Shown here: positions 31,764 to 43,969 of the stretch, piece by piece
Numbering within the stretch: the first letter of the stretch is position 1
Layout of the letters: each line of letters starts with the position of its first letter
Assembly (NCBI GenBank): GCA_965261345.1
Contig: OZ253449.1
Coordinates: forward strand, 96,001-160,000
From: Chloroflexota bacterium
GTDB taxonomy: Bacteria; Chloroflexota; UBA11872; VXNJ01
Length of the DNA: 64,000 bases
Direction: 5' to 3'
Made by a program: the position numbers and the translations under genes
Notes under the pieces: generated by a model
What the model saw: only the letters and a program-made list of their open reading frames with translations
What the model was told of the DNA's origin: nothing
Database searches by the model: none

Positions 31764-32147
31764 ATGCGAGTGACTGCAAATTTGACGGAATTGATTCGAA
31801 ACGCTCCCTGGCGAGAGGCAATCACCTACCGTGACACCTGGCCCCACGAATATGTGTTGACGGAGAAAGACGGCCAACAGGCGCTCTTGGAAGCCGTTTG
31901 CCAGCGGTTCCGCGCCGGAGAGGGTGTGTCCGGCCGATTCTTCCGCATGCAGAACACGTACCTGTTCATTGGTGACTACAAGTACTGGTTGATGACCCAT
32001 TGGGACAAGATCGAACCAGGAATCAATTACGTCCTAAACCGCGCGCTACTTTACCGGGACCGCAGGGACTTCGTGATCCAGCCAGGTGACACCGGACGGC
32101 CGGAGGACTATCCCACCTGTCCCGCTCACCCGAGTTCACCTGATTGA
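31764..32147 (+). CDS. Hypothetical protein
   Basis: WREAITYRDTWPHEY..YLFIGDYKYW..LNRA. Confidence 0.65.
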   Translation: MRVTANLTELIRNAPWREAITYRDTWPHEYVLTEKDGQQALLEAVCQRFRAGEGVSGRFFRMQNTYLFIGDYKYWLMTHWDKIEPGINYVLNRALLYRDRRDFVIQPGDTGRPEDYPTCPAHPSSPD

Positions 32148-32185
32148 AAATAAAAAGACAGAATCCATGCTCGGAATGTAGCAGG

Positions 32186-33595
32186 ATGGGTCGCTAGATC
32201 TCTAAAAAAGTAGGGCCCAATCCGGCGGGATTCAAATCCCTGCTGCGACACGTAGACGACGCTTTCAATATACGGCGGCGCAACCGCATACGCCTGCTAT
32301 CGGAGCTGACCCCCCGCCTGCAGGCGGCCCGCAGAGTCGAGCGCGAGCTGGACCGACATCTGGCGCGCAGGTTCAACGTTTTCAAATACTTGCGTACTGA
32401 CGAACTCGGGCTCTCCCGCATCATCGCGGACCTGCTTGATCCGACCGCCGAGCATGGGCAGGGGACGGCCTTCTTGGAGGCGATGCTGGAAGCCCTGCCT
32501 GAAACGCGCGATCTGTCCGCGACGTTTCGGGCAACCGCCACCAACCCGATCAAAGTGGTCACGGAGCGCCAGACGCCTCAAGGCCGACGCATCGACGTCA
32601 GCGTGGACATTCCGACCGGTAACGGGCCGTTTTGCCTTGCATTCGAAAACAAGCCGTACGCCGAAGATCAACCCTGCCAGATAGCCGATTACTTGAAGTT
32701 TCTCAAGCGGACGTACGAAAGGCGATTCCTGCTTGTGTACGTGCCGCCCGACGAACGCGAGCCTGATGAAGTCAGCCTCCCGGCGAAAGATCGCGAGAAG
32801 TGGCGCGGGCACTTTCGGGTGATGCCGTATTTCGGAGGCGATACGTCGCTTGAGGACTGGATTGAAGCATGCCGCAAACGCTGTGGCGCCGAGCGGTTGA
32901 ATTGGTTTCTACAGCAAACACAGACGTTCTGCCGACAGCGATTTGGAGAATCGACCATGACGACCGACGCCGAAACGCGCGAAATACGCGAATACTTGTA
33001 TTCGAACCCAGGCCAGATTCAAGCTGCGCTCGCCATCCACGATGCATGGCCAATCATTCGGGATGAGGTGTGCAAACGGTTTCTGGTTCATCTTCGCGAC
33101 AAAATCGAGCTTCGCTTGAAGCAAGCCCTGCCCGACTTCGCCGGTGACCTCCAAGTACGGCACAACTACGGAGGCGACAAGCAGCATTCAAACTTCCTGT
33201 TCTTCGGGCTCAACGACCGACCGAAATACGAAATCGGGTTCCAATCCCATGCCAGACAGGGTCCGAACGGCTGGTTGTGGGGCATCAAGGCACCGCGGCC
33301 GATTGGCGAGATGACTGCTGGGGAGACAGACTATCGCGAAGCGATTAAAGCTGCGCTCATTAAAGGCAGTCTTTCGCTCGCCAACTCGAAAGATCCGTAT
33401 TTGTGGCCGCAATATGAATATCTTCCGCAGTACCGCGATTGGAACTCTCTGGTATCCGAATTACATAAAGAACTTGAAAATGGGGCCAGCCCGATAACTG
33501 ATTTCTGCGTCGACGGGCTGATCAATATCGCCGCAATTGCCATCCCGGCAATTAATGACGTGGCAAGCGGCAGCCTGCCGGGTTTAAATGACTGA
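32186..33595 (+). CDS. PD-(D/E)XK nuclease family protein (ATG 32186 followed by TAG at codon 4; alternative start 32390)
   Basis: FNVF, ELGLSRIIADLLDP..HGQG..FL, RRIDV, FENKPYAEDQPCQIADY. Confidence 0.8.
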
Positions 33596-33688
33596 ACACG
33601 GCTGGGGCCAAAGAACGATTTGGCAGGGTAAATTGGTGATCCCAATAAAAAAACTGCGGCATCGTCTCGGCCACGCGAATTCCCTTAA

Positions 33689-34900
33689 GGCAACTCTGAA
33701 TAAGTCTCCGCCAACCCCGGCCGGCTATCCGGCTCTGGGCTGAATCGGATATCTGATCCAAAATCAGAACATGACATCTGGCAGAGTTGGAACCCCGACC
33801 GTGTCCGAACGCACCTTCGCCGACGTCGCATTCGAGAGCAAGAAGCGCAAGACCGGGCGCGAACTCTTCCTTGACCGCCTTGACAGCCTGGTCCCCTGGT
33901 CAGAGCTGGAAGATCTGATTGGACCCGTATATCCCACGGCCGGCAACGGCCGCCGTCCCTACCCATTGGGAAAGATGCTGCGCGTGCATGTGGCGCAGAT
34001 AACCCACAACCTCTCCGCTCCAGCGATGGAGGACGCTCTCTACGACATTGAGTCGGTGCGCCGATTCTGCGGCTTTGCATTGGATGGACCGTTGCCCGAC
34101 GAGACCACCATCCTCAACTTCCGTCGCCGCCTGGAGGAGAACGGCCTGGCCGCAAAGATCTTCCAGCGCATCATCGACCACCTTGCCGCCAAGGGCGTGC
34201 GGCTGCAGCAGGGAACCATCGGCGACGCCACCATCATCGCCGCGCCGTCCTCGACCAAGAACCGCGCAAAGAAACGCGATCCCGAGATGCGTTCCGCCAA
34301 GTAAGGGCAATCAGTGGCACTTCGGCCTGAAGGCCCATATCGGGGTGGACTCTGGATCGGGAATCGTCCACTCCCTTGTCACCACCCCGGCCAACGTGCA
34401 CGACCTGAATGTGGCCGGATTCCTGCTCACCGGTAAAGAGAAGACCGTATGGGGAGACGCCGGTTACCAGGGGATTGAGGAGAGGCTGCCGGAGGAGGAG
34501 GTCGAGTTCAGGATCGCCATGCGCAAGGGGAAGCGCAAACTCCTCGACTAAGAATTCTGACCAGGAGCGAGCCGAGCAGGCGAAGTCATCGATGCGCGCC
34601 AGGGTGGAGCACCCGTTCTACGATCTCAAGCGCTGGTTTGGCTACGGGAAGGCCAGGTACCGCGGGCCCTACAAGAACACCCAGCGCCTGCTGCTGCTGG
34701 CCGGGCTATCCAACCTGCTGCGGGCCGAAAAGCTGCTGGCGGCGTAACTTGTCCTGGGATCATTGCGCCCAAAACGGGATGAGAATCCCGGGTTTGCGAC
34801 TGTATTTGGTGTCGCAGGAGACCAAATGCTCTGATCCCGGCTTCAAAATCGGCGAATATGGCCAGGAACGTCGGCGGGCGCCCACTTATTCAGACTTTCC
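33689..34900 (+). mobile_element. IS5-family element with frameshifted transposase (33771..34747)
   Basis: IRs ggcaactctgaataag / cttattcagactttcc; [37 protein letters not shown]. Confidence 0.9.
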
Positions 34901-35026
34901 TTTGCGCGGCGCCCGGTTTGTCGCGGCGCGCGGCCGGCCTGTGGCCTGCGGCGCCTTTGTTGGCCTCCCCACCGGGTCCTGGTGGTCCATGATCTTCGCG
35001 CAGCGAGTCCTTCGTCCACGACCGAA

Positions 35027-35422
35027 TCAGCGCGAAGTTCGAACCCACGCGATGCCATCGACGTGTTCGAAGTGCTGATCGGCGGAAACCAAATCGGCGC
35101 CCGTTTCCATGGCATGGGCCGCTACCCATACATCGTTGGTAGGAATCGGTCGCCCCTTTGCCTTCAACGCAATCATGATTCGCGAATAGCGATCAGCGGT
35201 TACCGCACCCACCGGTACGAACGAAACGAATGGACGTTGCAGGAACGACCGAAGCTCGGCAAGGTTTTGTTCAAAGCGTCGCCCTCGACGAAAGCCATAT
35301 AGTTGCTCACCTACAACGATTGCTGAAAGCAGCACCTCTTCTGCAGTCGATACCAAGTCTCGGATTTCACCATTTCCACGCATGAACCCGGAATATGCAT
35401 TGGAATCGAGCAGAAGCCTCAC
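35027..35422 (-). CDS. vapC: VapC PIN-domain toxin
   Basis: LLDSNAY, KGRPIPTNDVWVAAHA, SADQHF. Confidence 0.9.
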   Translation of the reverse strand: MRLLLDSNAYSGFMRGNGEIRDLVSTAEEVLLSAIVVGEQLYGFRRGRRFEQNLAELRSFLQRPFVSFVPVGAVTADRYSRIMIALKAKGRPIPTNDVWVAAHAMETGADLVSADQHFEHVDGIAWVRTSR

Positions 35423-35685
35423 TTCCAGGCACCTTCGTCCACCGTCTCGAAATCCTCAAGGGCGGTGTCGAATCTCTCTGCTTCCTCCTGGCTCCAAACT
35501 CCGAAAAGGTCGTCTAAAGCAGTGCCGATGGCGTTGGGGTTTGCCTGGGCCGTGTCGGCAATACCGGCGCCTTTCTTGAGCAGCTTCAAGGCGGCCTTAT
35601 TGAGCGAGATCCCTTCCCGCTTAGCAAGCTGGCGGAGAATGGCGTCAACTTCATCATCCAAACCCCTGATGGTAAGTTGATTGAT
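35419..35685 (-). CDS. FitA/VapB-like RHH antitoxin (start uncertain)
   Basis: NQLTIRGLDDEV..LAKREGISLN; overlaps vapC start. Confidence 0.75.
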   Translation of the reverse strand: MNQLTIRGLDDEVDAILRQLAKREGISLNKAALKLLKKGAGIADTAQANPNAIGTALDDLFGVWSQEEAERFDTALEDFETVDEGAWK

Positions 35686-35769
35686 TTGATCATTCCTTAG
35701 TGCGAGTCACAATGTGAGTCATTATGATGTATTTGGCGATCGCCAATTCTCCGATCGAGAACTAAAGAT

Positions 35770-36130
35770 CCGCTTGCTTGGGCTGGTCGATGCCTGCGCC
35801 ACCCTGCGCCGCCGCATTTACAGACCGGTTACTGGGCCAGGAAGCATCCCACATCAAGTGGCAAGTGGGGCCGGCGGTCCTGACGCGGCCCCGAACGGAT
35901 TTACGCCGTGCACGCTCCATCACAGAGCTCTCGACGCCGACGCCCTGGGATCGGCGCGGAAATCCGACTCTTCTGTTCTGATCTTGGTCTCCAGCGAGGC
36001 CAAAGACAGGATGTAGAAAGGCTGCAGCTCGTCGGATATTGGAGCAAGGCACTGCGGCGACGGCAACACCCTTGGGGCGCGCCTGGCGCGAATTTATTGC
36101 CTGGCACCGCGAGGGAGTTTCACAGGGTCC
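35770..36130 (+). pseudogene. HNH restriction endonuclease remnant
   Basis: Fragments EASHIKW, GGPD..PNG..CTLHHRALD, WHRE across frames. Confidence 0.65.
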
Positions 36131-36579
36131 GCGATGCCAGAGCGAAAGCGGGCCCCGCTGCGCACCGCGAACCTGGCGGTGGCCAATATTTCGTGCCACG
36201 GGTTTTGGGCAGGGCAACGCATGGTGAACGCCGACCCCAGGTTTTTCGCCTGCGCCGTTACGTTGCCCGAGATTTACTGCAACCTGAATTACAGTTGGCT
36301 GCCGCCTGACGTGCGAGCCAATAGAACTAGATTGGATTGAACCACGTGCTGGCCGCTCGCCTTGCTTCGGAATGCGCCGGACTTTCCATCGGTTACATTT
36401 CGGGGCGCAAAACTGGGCGGTGCGTCAAAAAGTTGCAGGGTGCGTCAGAAAATATTGGACGTTGCGGAAATCTTCATTTGATTTACTGGACTCAAACAAT
36501 TTGGGTTGGCTCTTAGCCGCTACATCAACCCACGAACATCAGGCCGCAAATCAAACTGTAACCCGGCCCAATAGGTGAA

Positions 36580-38346
36580 TTGAAGCACGTGCCAGACGAC
36601 CTTCCAACAGTTTCCGAAAGAGCGATTCTGTCCTGGGCTGGCCCTCTGGATTTTCGGCTCGGGCGGGTCATATCTTCTGATGGCCAGATCTTGCATCAGA
36701 AGCGCTCCGCTAACGTAATCGAAGCCCTCTGCCGGGAGATTTCGCCCCGTCCCTACCGGGTACGCGTGGTGCTGTCCGGTAACGATATTGAAAGTGCGTC
36801 CTGCACGTGCTCTATCGGCGAAACGGGTCACTGCCCCCACGTGGCCGCCACCCTAATTGCCTACTCAAAGGACCCGGAGAGATTCGGCGTGGCGGTTGGC
36901 CTAGACGCCGCCCTGGAACGCCGCAGCAAATCCGAGCTGATCGAACTAATCAATCGGCTACTCGCGCTGCGACCGGGTTTGGAGGACTTCCCGGAAACAT
37001 TTTTGGCAACAAGACACCCGGACCAAGGCCTGCTTGATCCGGCAACCTGTCGTCGATACGCGTCATTTGCATTTCAGGTTAGACATTGCGACTACGACAG
37101 TGCAATAGTGGCCGCGGACGATCTCGAAAGATCGCTCGAACAAGGCGACGAATACCTGGCGCTTGAGGACTTTCGCAGCGCACTCATCGTTTATTCGGCA
37201 ATTGCGGCCGGGATTCTCGATTGTTCCGAGATAGTTACGGTCCTGGTTGACTGTGACAACGGCGAGTTGGCGGCAGCGCTGAATCACTGCATTACAGGCT
37301 TGGCGAAGGGCCTGGCCGGCGCTGCAGGCGATGCCGCGATCAGGAACAAGGCCCTGCGAACGCTGCTGGAGTTGCACCTGCACGATGTCATCTACAGCGA
37401 CTCACTGTTCGCCGGCAAATCAGGTGCGTTGATCAAAGAGCATGCTTCCGGCATTGAAAAGGCATTGCTGACCGCCTGGATCCGGGCGGACATGCCCGTT
37501 GGGCTTACGTGGCCCGACCATATCGATCGCCAGTTGCGTGGCAGATTCTTACTGGAATTGGCGCAAGGGGAGTTGGATGAGGACGCCTGCCTTCAAATTT
37601 GCCGGGAGAGCGGGCTCGCAATCGAGTTGGCCGATCGCCTGCTGCAGATGGGTCGACTTGACGACGCCCTTGACGCCATTGGGATGGCTTGGGGCCCAGA
37701 ATTGCCAGAACTTGGAGAATTATTCGATCGCCACGGTAAAGCGCATTCGATCGAGCCCTCGCTTCATGAATGCTTTGAGTCGAGTCGAGATTCCAATCTT
37801 GCCGAGTGGCTCAAGACCCATTACATCGGGTATCGAAAGTATTCGAGAGCTCTACCGATAGCGGAATTCCTATTTGAACGCGATCCCGGTGCCTCCGGAT
37901 ATCGGGAGTTACGCGAGCTTGCACTGCATGCTGGGCAATGGGAAAACATCCGATTGCATGCACTGCATGGAATATCGACCTCAGGCCAGATCAATGCGCT
38001 TGCAAACGAATACATCGATGAAGGCGAAGTTGAACCGGCGCTTGAATTAGCTGGGCACGCGTACCTTGGTGCTCATGTCATGAAGCGGCTAATTCGGGCT
38101 GTGGAGGCAGTCGCAACGACGAGCCTCAGAGAAGCGCCCTCCTATTTCCGTTGCTTGGCAGAAATTTACATCGAACTCCGTGGCCGCAAGAATTACAAGC
38201 AAGCGTGCAGGCAACTGATCAGCATGCGTGACTTGCTCCGGCGCCTCGGACGCGATTCGGATTGGCAAGGCTTCCTCGCTGAACTGCGGCGCGGCACTCG
38301 AAATAGGCCTGCATTACAAGATGAGATGTTGCGTTCCGGGTTGTAA
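36580..38346 (+). CDS. SWIM zinc-finger protein with helical repeats
   Basis: PYRVRV..CTCSIGETGHCPHVAA; C-term RKNYKQA..NRPALQDEM. Confidence 0.85.
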   Translation: MKHVPDDLPTVSERAILSWAGPLDFRLGRVISSDGQILHQKRSANVIEALCREISPRPYRVRVVLSGNDIESASCTCSIGETGHCPHVAATLIAYSKDPERFGVAVGLDAALERRSKSELIELINRLLALRPGLEDFPETFLATRHPDQGLLDPATCRRYASFAFQVRHCDYDSAIVAADDLERSLEQGDEYLALEDFRSALIVYSAIAAGILDCSEIVTVLVDCDNGELAAALNHCITGLAKGLAGAAGDAAIRNKALRTLLELHLHDVIYSDSLFAGKSGALIKEHASGIEKALLTAWIRADMPVGLTWPDHIDRQLRGRFLLELAQGELDEDACLQICRESGLAIELADRLLQMGRLDDALDAIGMAWGPELPELGELFDRHGKAHSIEPSLHECFESSRDSNLAEWLKTHYIGYRKYSRALPIAEFLFERDPGASGYRELRELALHAGQWENIRLHALHGISTSGQINALANEYIDEGEVEPALELAGHAYLGAHVMKRLIRAVEAVATTSLREAPSYFRCLAEIYIELRGRKNYKQACRQLISMRDLLRRLGRDSDWQGFLAELRRGTRNRPALQDEMLRSGL

Positions 38347-39868
38347 CCAACAAGTGGATATAGACATTCACACGGGAATCGTTGTGGCAGGTCCCCGGTT
38401 TTGGTACCAGGTGGTTTGAGACATTGTCTTGTGGGAGGGTGCCGCCAGCTCTCCTGCAGGAGAGCTGGCGGCGAAGCTGATATTGCGGCCGCCCGTAGCA
38501 CCCACGAAGACGGACGCCAGGCCGTCGATGAGGCCGGCCGGCAGCAGCCGGATGGCAACTTGCAGGTACTCCATCACGCCGCCGCCTCGATCGCTTCCAG
38601 GGGCGATAGGTAGCCGAGCGCACTGTGCGGACGCACGCTGTTGTAGTCGATCCGGAAGCGCTCCAGCATCACCCTGGCTTCTTCGAGGGTGTAGAAGATC
38701 TCGCGCTCCAGGAGTTCGTCCCTCACCCTGGAGATGAAGGATTCGGCATAGGCGTTCTCCCATGGTGCTCCGGGCTTGATGTAGACGGTCTTGACCTGGT
38801 TTGCCGATAGCCATTGCCTTATCGCTTTGGCAGTAAATTCGGGGCCGTTGTCAGAGCGGATGTGCTCGGGGACCCCGCGGATGAGCATGAGGTCGGCGAT
38901 TGTCTCGATCACGTCCCGGGCAGGGAAGGATCGGGCCGCCCGGGCCGCTAAGGCCACGCGGGTGAACTCATCGACCACGGTAAGGATCCGCAGTGGTCTG
39001 CCGTCCTCGGTGCGCTGGTTAAGCAAAGTCGTAGGCCCAGACGTGATTCGGGCGCTCGGCCATAAGCCGCGTAGAGCGTCCGTTCTTAAAGCCAGAGGCG
39101 CGACTTCTTGACCTTTCGGATCGGGACTTTTAGTCCCTCCCGGCGCCAGATGCGCAGTACCCGCTTGCGGTTGACCTTCCAGCCCGAGCGTTTAAGCAGG
39201 GCGGTGATGCGCGCGCCAGATGCGCAATACCCGTTTGCGGTTCAGTTTCCAGCCCGGAGTGTTTAAGCAGGGCGGCTGATGCGCTTGTAGCCATAGGCTG
39301 GGGGTGCTTCCCGTCCGAGGGAAAGCATCCTGATCTCGGCGGTGAGGTTGTCCTCTTCCGGATCGGGTTTTGGGATGTAGCGCTGGGTGCGGCGCGATTG
39401 GCCCAGCACCCGGCAGGCCCTTCTTTCGGAGACCTTGAAGATGCGGACTGCCCGGACGGCTGGTGCCGGGGGTTTGACCACCTCGGCATAGCGCGCGACG
39501 CACTTGCGGCCTCGCTCCGGGCTTACCAATTTCCTTAAGGCCCCTCTTTGAAGGATCTGGTTGTCGAGCGTTAAATCGGCCACCGCGTGTTTTAAGCGCT
39601 TGTTCTCCTCGCGGCAGGCGCTAGCGGGGTTCGGTCTGTTCTCCTTGGCATCCTGATCTCGGCGGTGAGGTTGTCCTTTTCCGGATCGGGTTTTCGTATG
39701 GCCCAGCACCCCGCCCTTCGTTCGGAGACCTTAGCGGGAGCGCCAGCGGTAATAGGCCTCTCATTGAAGGTCTGGACGTTGATCGCCGCCTTGGCGGCAG
39801 CTCTGCTCGACCGTGTCGCCCTGGGCGATCGCCCTGGGCGCCCAGCTCTATGGCCCGGAGCTTGTTGA

Positions 39869-41800
39869 TTCACGGTAGGAACACCGGTTGCCCGATGCCC
39901 CCCGTACAGATCCCGGCGTGCGCGTTAACGCACCGGGCTCCTAGCTTGAGTATCTAACGGCAAAGCGCTGGGCGGGCCATGGGTGGCGGATTTGGACGGG
40001 CGGCCAGAGTTGGTCGCAAAGCTGGCTGATGCGCTCCCAGGTGGTGCGATCTTTGTCCGAGCGACGCTGCAGGGTGCGTTTCCAATGCCATTGCAGCCGT
40101 TGGCGGAATCGACAAAGGGACGGATAACTGGTGGGGACGGCGTAATAGTTGAGCCATCCGTTCAGCACCATCCCGAGCCATTGCCCGGTCTGCATCGGAT
40201 CATCGTGCATGCGCATACGCAGCTTCTCTTTGATCGCCTTCAGGGTGCGTCGTACTCGCTTGGCGATGGGCTTGCGTCCCAGTTTGAAGCCGCCGCTGCG
40301 GGTTCTTGAGCAGTAGTGCGTTAGGCCGAGGAAGTCAAAAGTCTCCGGACGGCTGTCGTTACGCTGGCGGCGATTCTCGATCGCGTATCTGCCGAACTCG
40401 ATCAGGCGGGTCTTGTGGGCTGCAAGCTCTAATCCGTACTCTTCTAGCCTGTCTCGCAAATCCTTTGCAAATCTGACCGCATCGCTGCGGTACTCAAATC
40501 CCAGGACGAAGTCATCGGCATACCTGACGATGTAGACCTCGCCGCTGGCCCTTTTGGGTCGCCATTCCTTGGCAAACCATGAGTCCAGGACTTTGTGCAG
40601 GTACACGTTGGCAAGCAGCGGCGATATCGGCGCCCCTTGCGGTGTTCCCTGCACGCTGTCGGATAGTTCTCCGGCTTCCATTACTCCGGTGCTCAGCCAT
40701 TTGCGGATTAGGCGCAGGACGCGGTTGTCTCCGATTCGCTCTCCCAGGAACGAGATGAGTCGCTCGCGGTCGAGATGGTCGAAGAAGCCTTTTATGTCGG
40801 CGTCAAGAATCCAGTTGACTTTTCTCCGTTCGATGGCGTAGGCCAGGGCGTCCAGCGCGTCGTGCGCTGATCTTTTTGGCCGGAACCCGTATGCGAACCC
40901 GGCGAACTCCGATTCATAGATCGGGTCAAGGATCTGTTGACACACCGCCCGCTGCAGGATCTTGTCCTCTATGGATGCGATTCCAAGCGCTCGCTTCCCG
41001 CCGTCCGGTTTGGGTATCGCTACCCGCAGGACGGGGGTCGCTCGGTATGCTCCTTTGTGCACGCGGTCTTTAAGGTCGAGAAGTTTCTCTTCCAGGTTTT
41101 CCTCGTACATCCTCCACGTGATCCCGTCGGCGCCGGGAGCGGCATTGGGTTTTAGCCCGTAGAACGCATCCCTTAGCGCGTCAAGGTCTATGTGGTGTAA
41201 GAGCGCGGTGAGTTTTCCCTCTGGGTTCTCTTTGGCGTGTTGCCGTACGCGTTCGGCTCCGGGTGACACGGGAACCCACCCCTGGGTGTAGTCCGTGCCG
41301 GTGCCTGGCGCGTTCCTCTTGCTTGCGGCCCTTTCCTCCGGCGGCTCCGCCGGGGTTTTACGCCCCATTGTTCGCCGCCTTCGCAGGTACTATGGCCGCA
41401 TCAGACTTCTGCACATCGTGCATCATCGGATTGCGAAACTCCTTCCTTCCCGATGCGGCCCCGGATCTGCGAGTGAACCGGGGTAATGCGCAGATCTCCC
41501 AGTTCCCGGCCCGGGACTTACGTACGTACATGAGTTCTTTGACACCGTCGAGCCCGGCTGACGGCTGGCCATCTATTGCCGCCGCCGGTGTTGCCTTCGA
41601 CCAGAATCACGGTCTCGGCGCTCGGGACAAACCCGATGTTTCGGTGCTCCATAGCTCTGTCCGCACGCTCCGCTGCCGACGCTTCACCGACCGTCTCGCG
41701 ACGGCCTGCGCACGGCTCGCGGGCTGATGTGGGCTGGCTCTCGCCCTTCATCCCGGGAGACTTTCACTCCTTGTCCTGGTACCAGTTGGACTGGCTGTTC
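39869..41800 (-). mobile_element. Group II intron copy 4, in IS3 orfA
   Basis: Removal restores GAA CAA GTC A|TC AAC AAG (EQVINK, versus EQIINK in the intact IS3). Confidence 0.92.
39941..41368 (-). CDS. ltrA: Group II intron reverse transcriptase/maturase
   Basis: YADD; N-terminal two thirds identical to copies 1 and 2. Confidence 0.95.
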   Translation of the reverse strand: MGRKTPAEPPEERAASKRNAPGTGTDYTQGWVPVSPGAERVRQHAKENPEGKLTALLHHIDLDALRDAFYGLKPNAAPGADGITWRMYEENLEEKLLDLKDRVHKGAYRATPVLRVAIPKPDGGKRALGIASIEDKILQRAVCQQILDPIYESEFAGFAYGFRPKRSAHDALDALAYAIERRKVNWILDADIKGFFDHLDRERLISFLGERIGDNRVLRLIRKWLSTGVMEAGELSDSVQGTPQGAPISPLLANVYLHKVLDSWFAKEWRPKRASGEVYIVRYADDFVLGFEYRSDAVRFAKDLRDRLEEYGLELAAHKTRLIEFGRYAIENRRQRNDSRPETFDFLGLTHYCSRTRSGGFKLGRKPIAKRVRRTLKAIKEKLRMRMHDDPMQTGQWLGMVLNGWLNYYAVPTSYPSLCRFRQRLQWHWKRTLQRRSDKDRTTWERISQLCDQLWPPVQIRHPWPAQRFAVRYSS

Positions 41801-42103
41801 TGACTTGTTCGGGCGAGTACTTTCGCTTCGCCATTGCTGTCCCTTTTCGTTGGAACCAGATTATTCACATTCCCTCTGGTACCAATGAGGCAATTGTCTT
41901 GATTGTCAATTCCGGCAGAGGTGGGGTCAGAGGGGTCCAGGAGAAAGGGGAGGATAGATCCAGCGCCCCGACCGCGGTTCATAGTGACCGCAGCCCGATC
42001 GACAGGCGATAACCGGATGCGTAATCGCCGCAATAGCCCGATCCCGGGCATGGCTTCGCCAGGGACCTTGCCCGCAAGAGCGATCGGACCTGCCCGGCGT
42101 TCA

Positions 42104-43323
<1,220 letters not shown>

Positions 43324-43510
43324 TTAGAGCAACACACGTAAAAGGATATGCGCACATGACCCAACTGTGGAAGTCGTTGTGGATCGCCTGGATCAGGATA
43401 TATCATCCCTTATACAGGCTGGCGTCGATCGTCAATTGGCAGGCGTCGCCGGTTGTCGGATCGGGCTATGGTTGCGTAACAGCTTTATCATTACTCTTTC
43501 AGGAAGGACG

Positions 43511-43969
43511 ATGCCGATGTCTGCCGCCAATGATCCCAAGATCGAGTTCCTGCGAAGCTGCGGGGCGCTCAATCCCCATCCCGAGCGGGTGGGCGACGAA
43601 CTCTTCGCCGGGCATGACTTCTTCGACCCGCGCGATCTTTGCCAGGTGCGTTACGAGATGCTGCGGCGGGTGTTTGTCGATGAACGTAGGGTGTCTGACA
43701 GCGCCCGTCTCTACGGTTACTCCCGCCCGACCTGGTACAACGTCGCCCGGGTCTACCGGGTCGGCGGCCTGGCCGGACTCCTATCCGAGCGCCCCGGTCC
43801 GCGTAAAGCGCGCAAGCTGGTCCCCGAGATCGTTTTGTTCATTGAGCAGGTGCGACGGGAGCACCCCGGTCTGGGGGCGGCGGCGCTGGCGCGGTTGGTC
43901 AACGAGCATTTCGGCGTATCGGTGCACCGCTGCAGCATCGAGCGGGCGTTGCGGCGCGCAAAAAATTAA
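43511..43969 (+). CDS. Helix-turn-helix protein
   Basis: GALNPHPERV.D.LF..DFFDPRDL.QVRYEMLRRV, YGYSRPTWY, GLAGLL..RPGPR. Confidence 0.85.
   Translation: MPMSAANDPKIEFLRSCGALNPHPERVGDELFAGHDFFDPRDLCQVRYEMLRRVFVDERRVSDSARLYGYSRPTWYNVARVYRVGGLAGLLSERPGPRKARKLVPEIVLFIEQVRREHPGLGAAALARLVNEHFGVSVHRCSIERALRRAKN

Noticed and set aside
14593-41368. RTs as retron, DGR or defence RTs
   Set aside because: All are followed by D5/D6 and have maturase regions; no TR/VR pair or msr-msd structure seen
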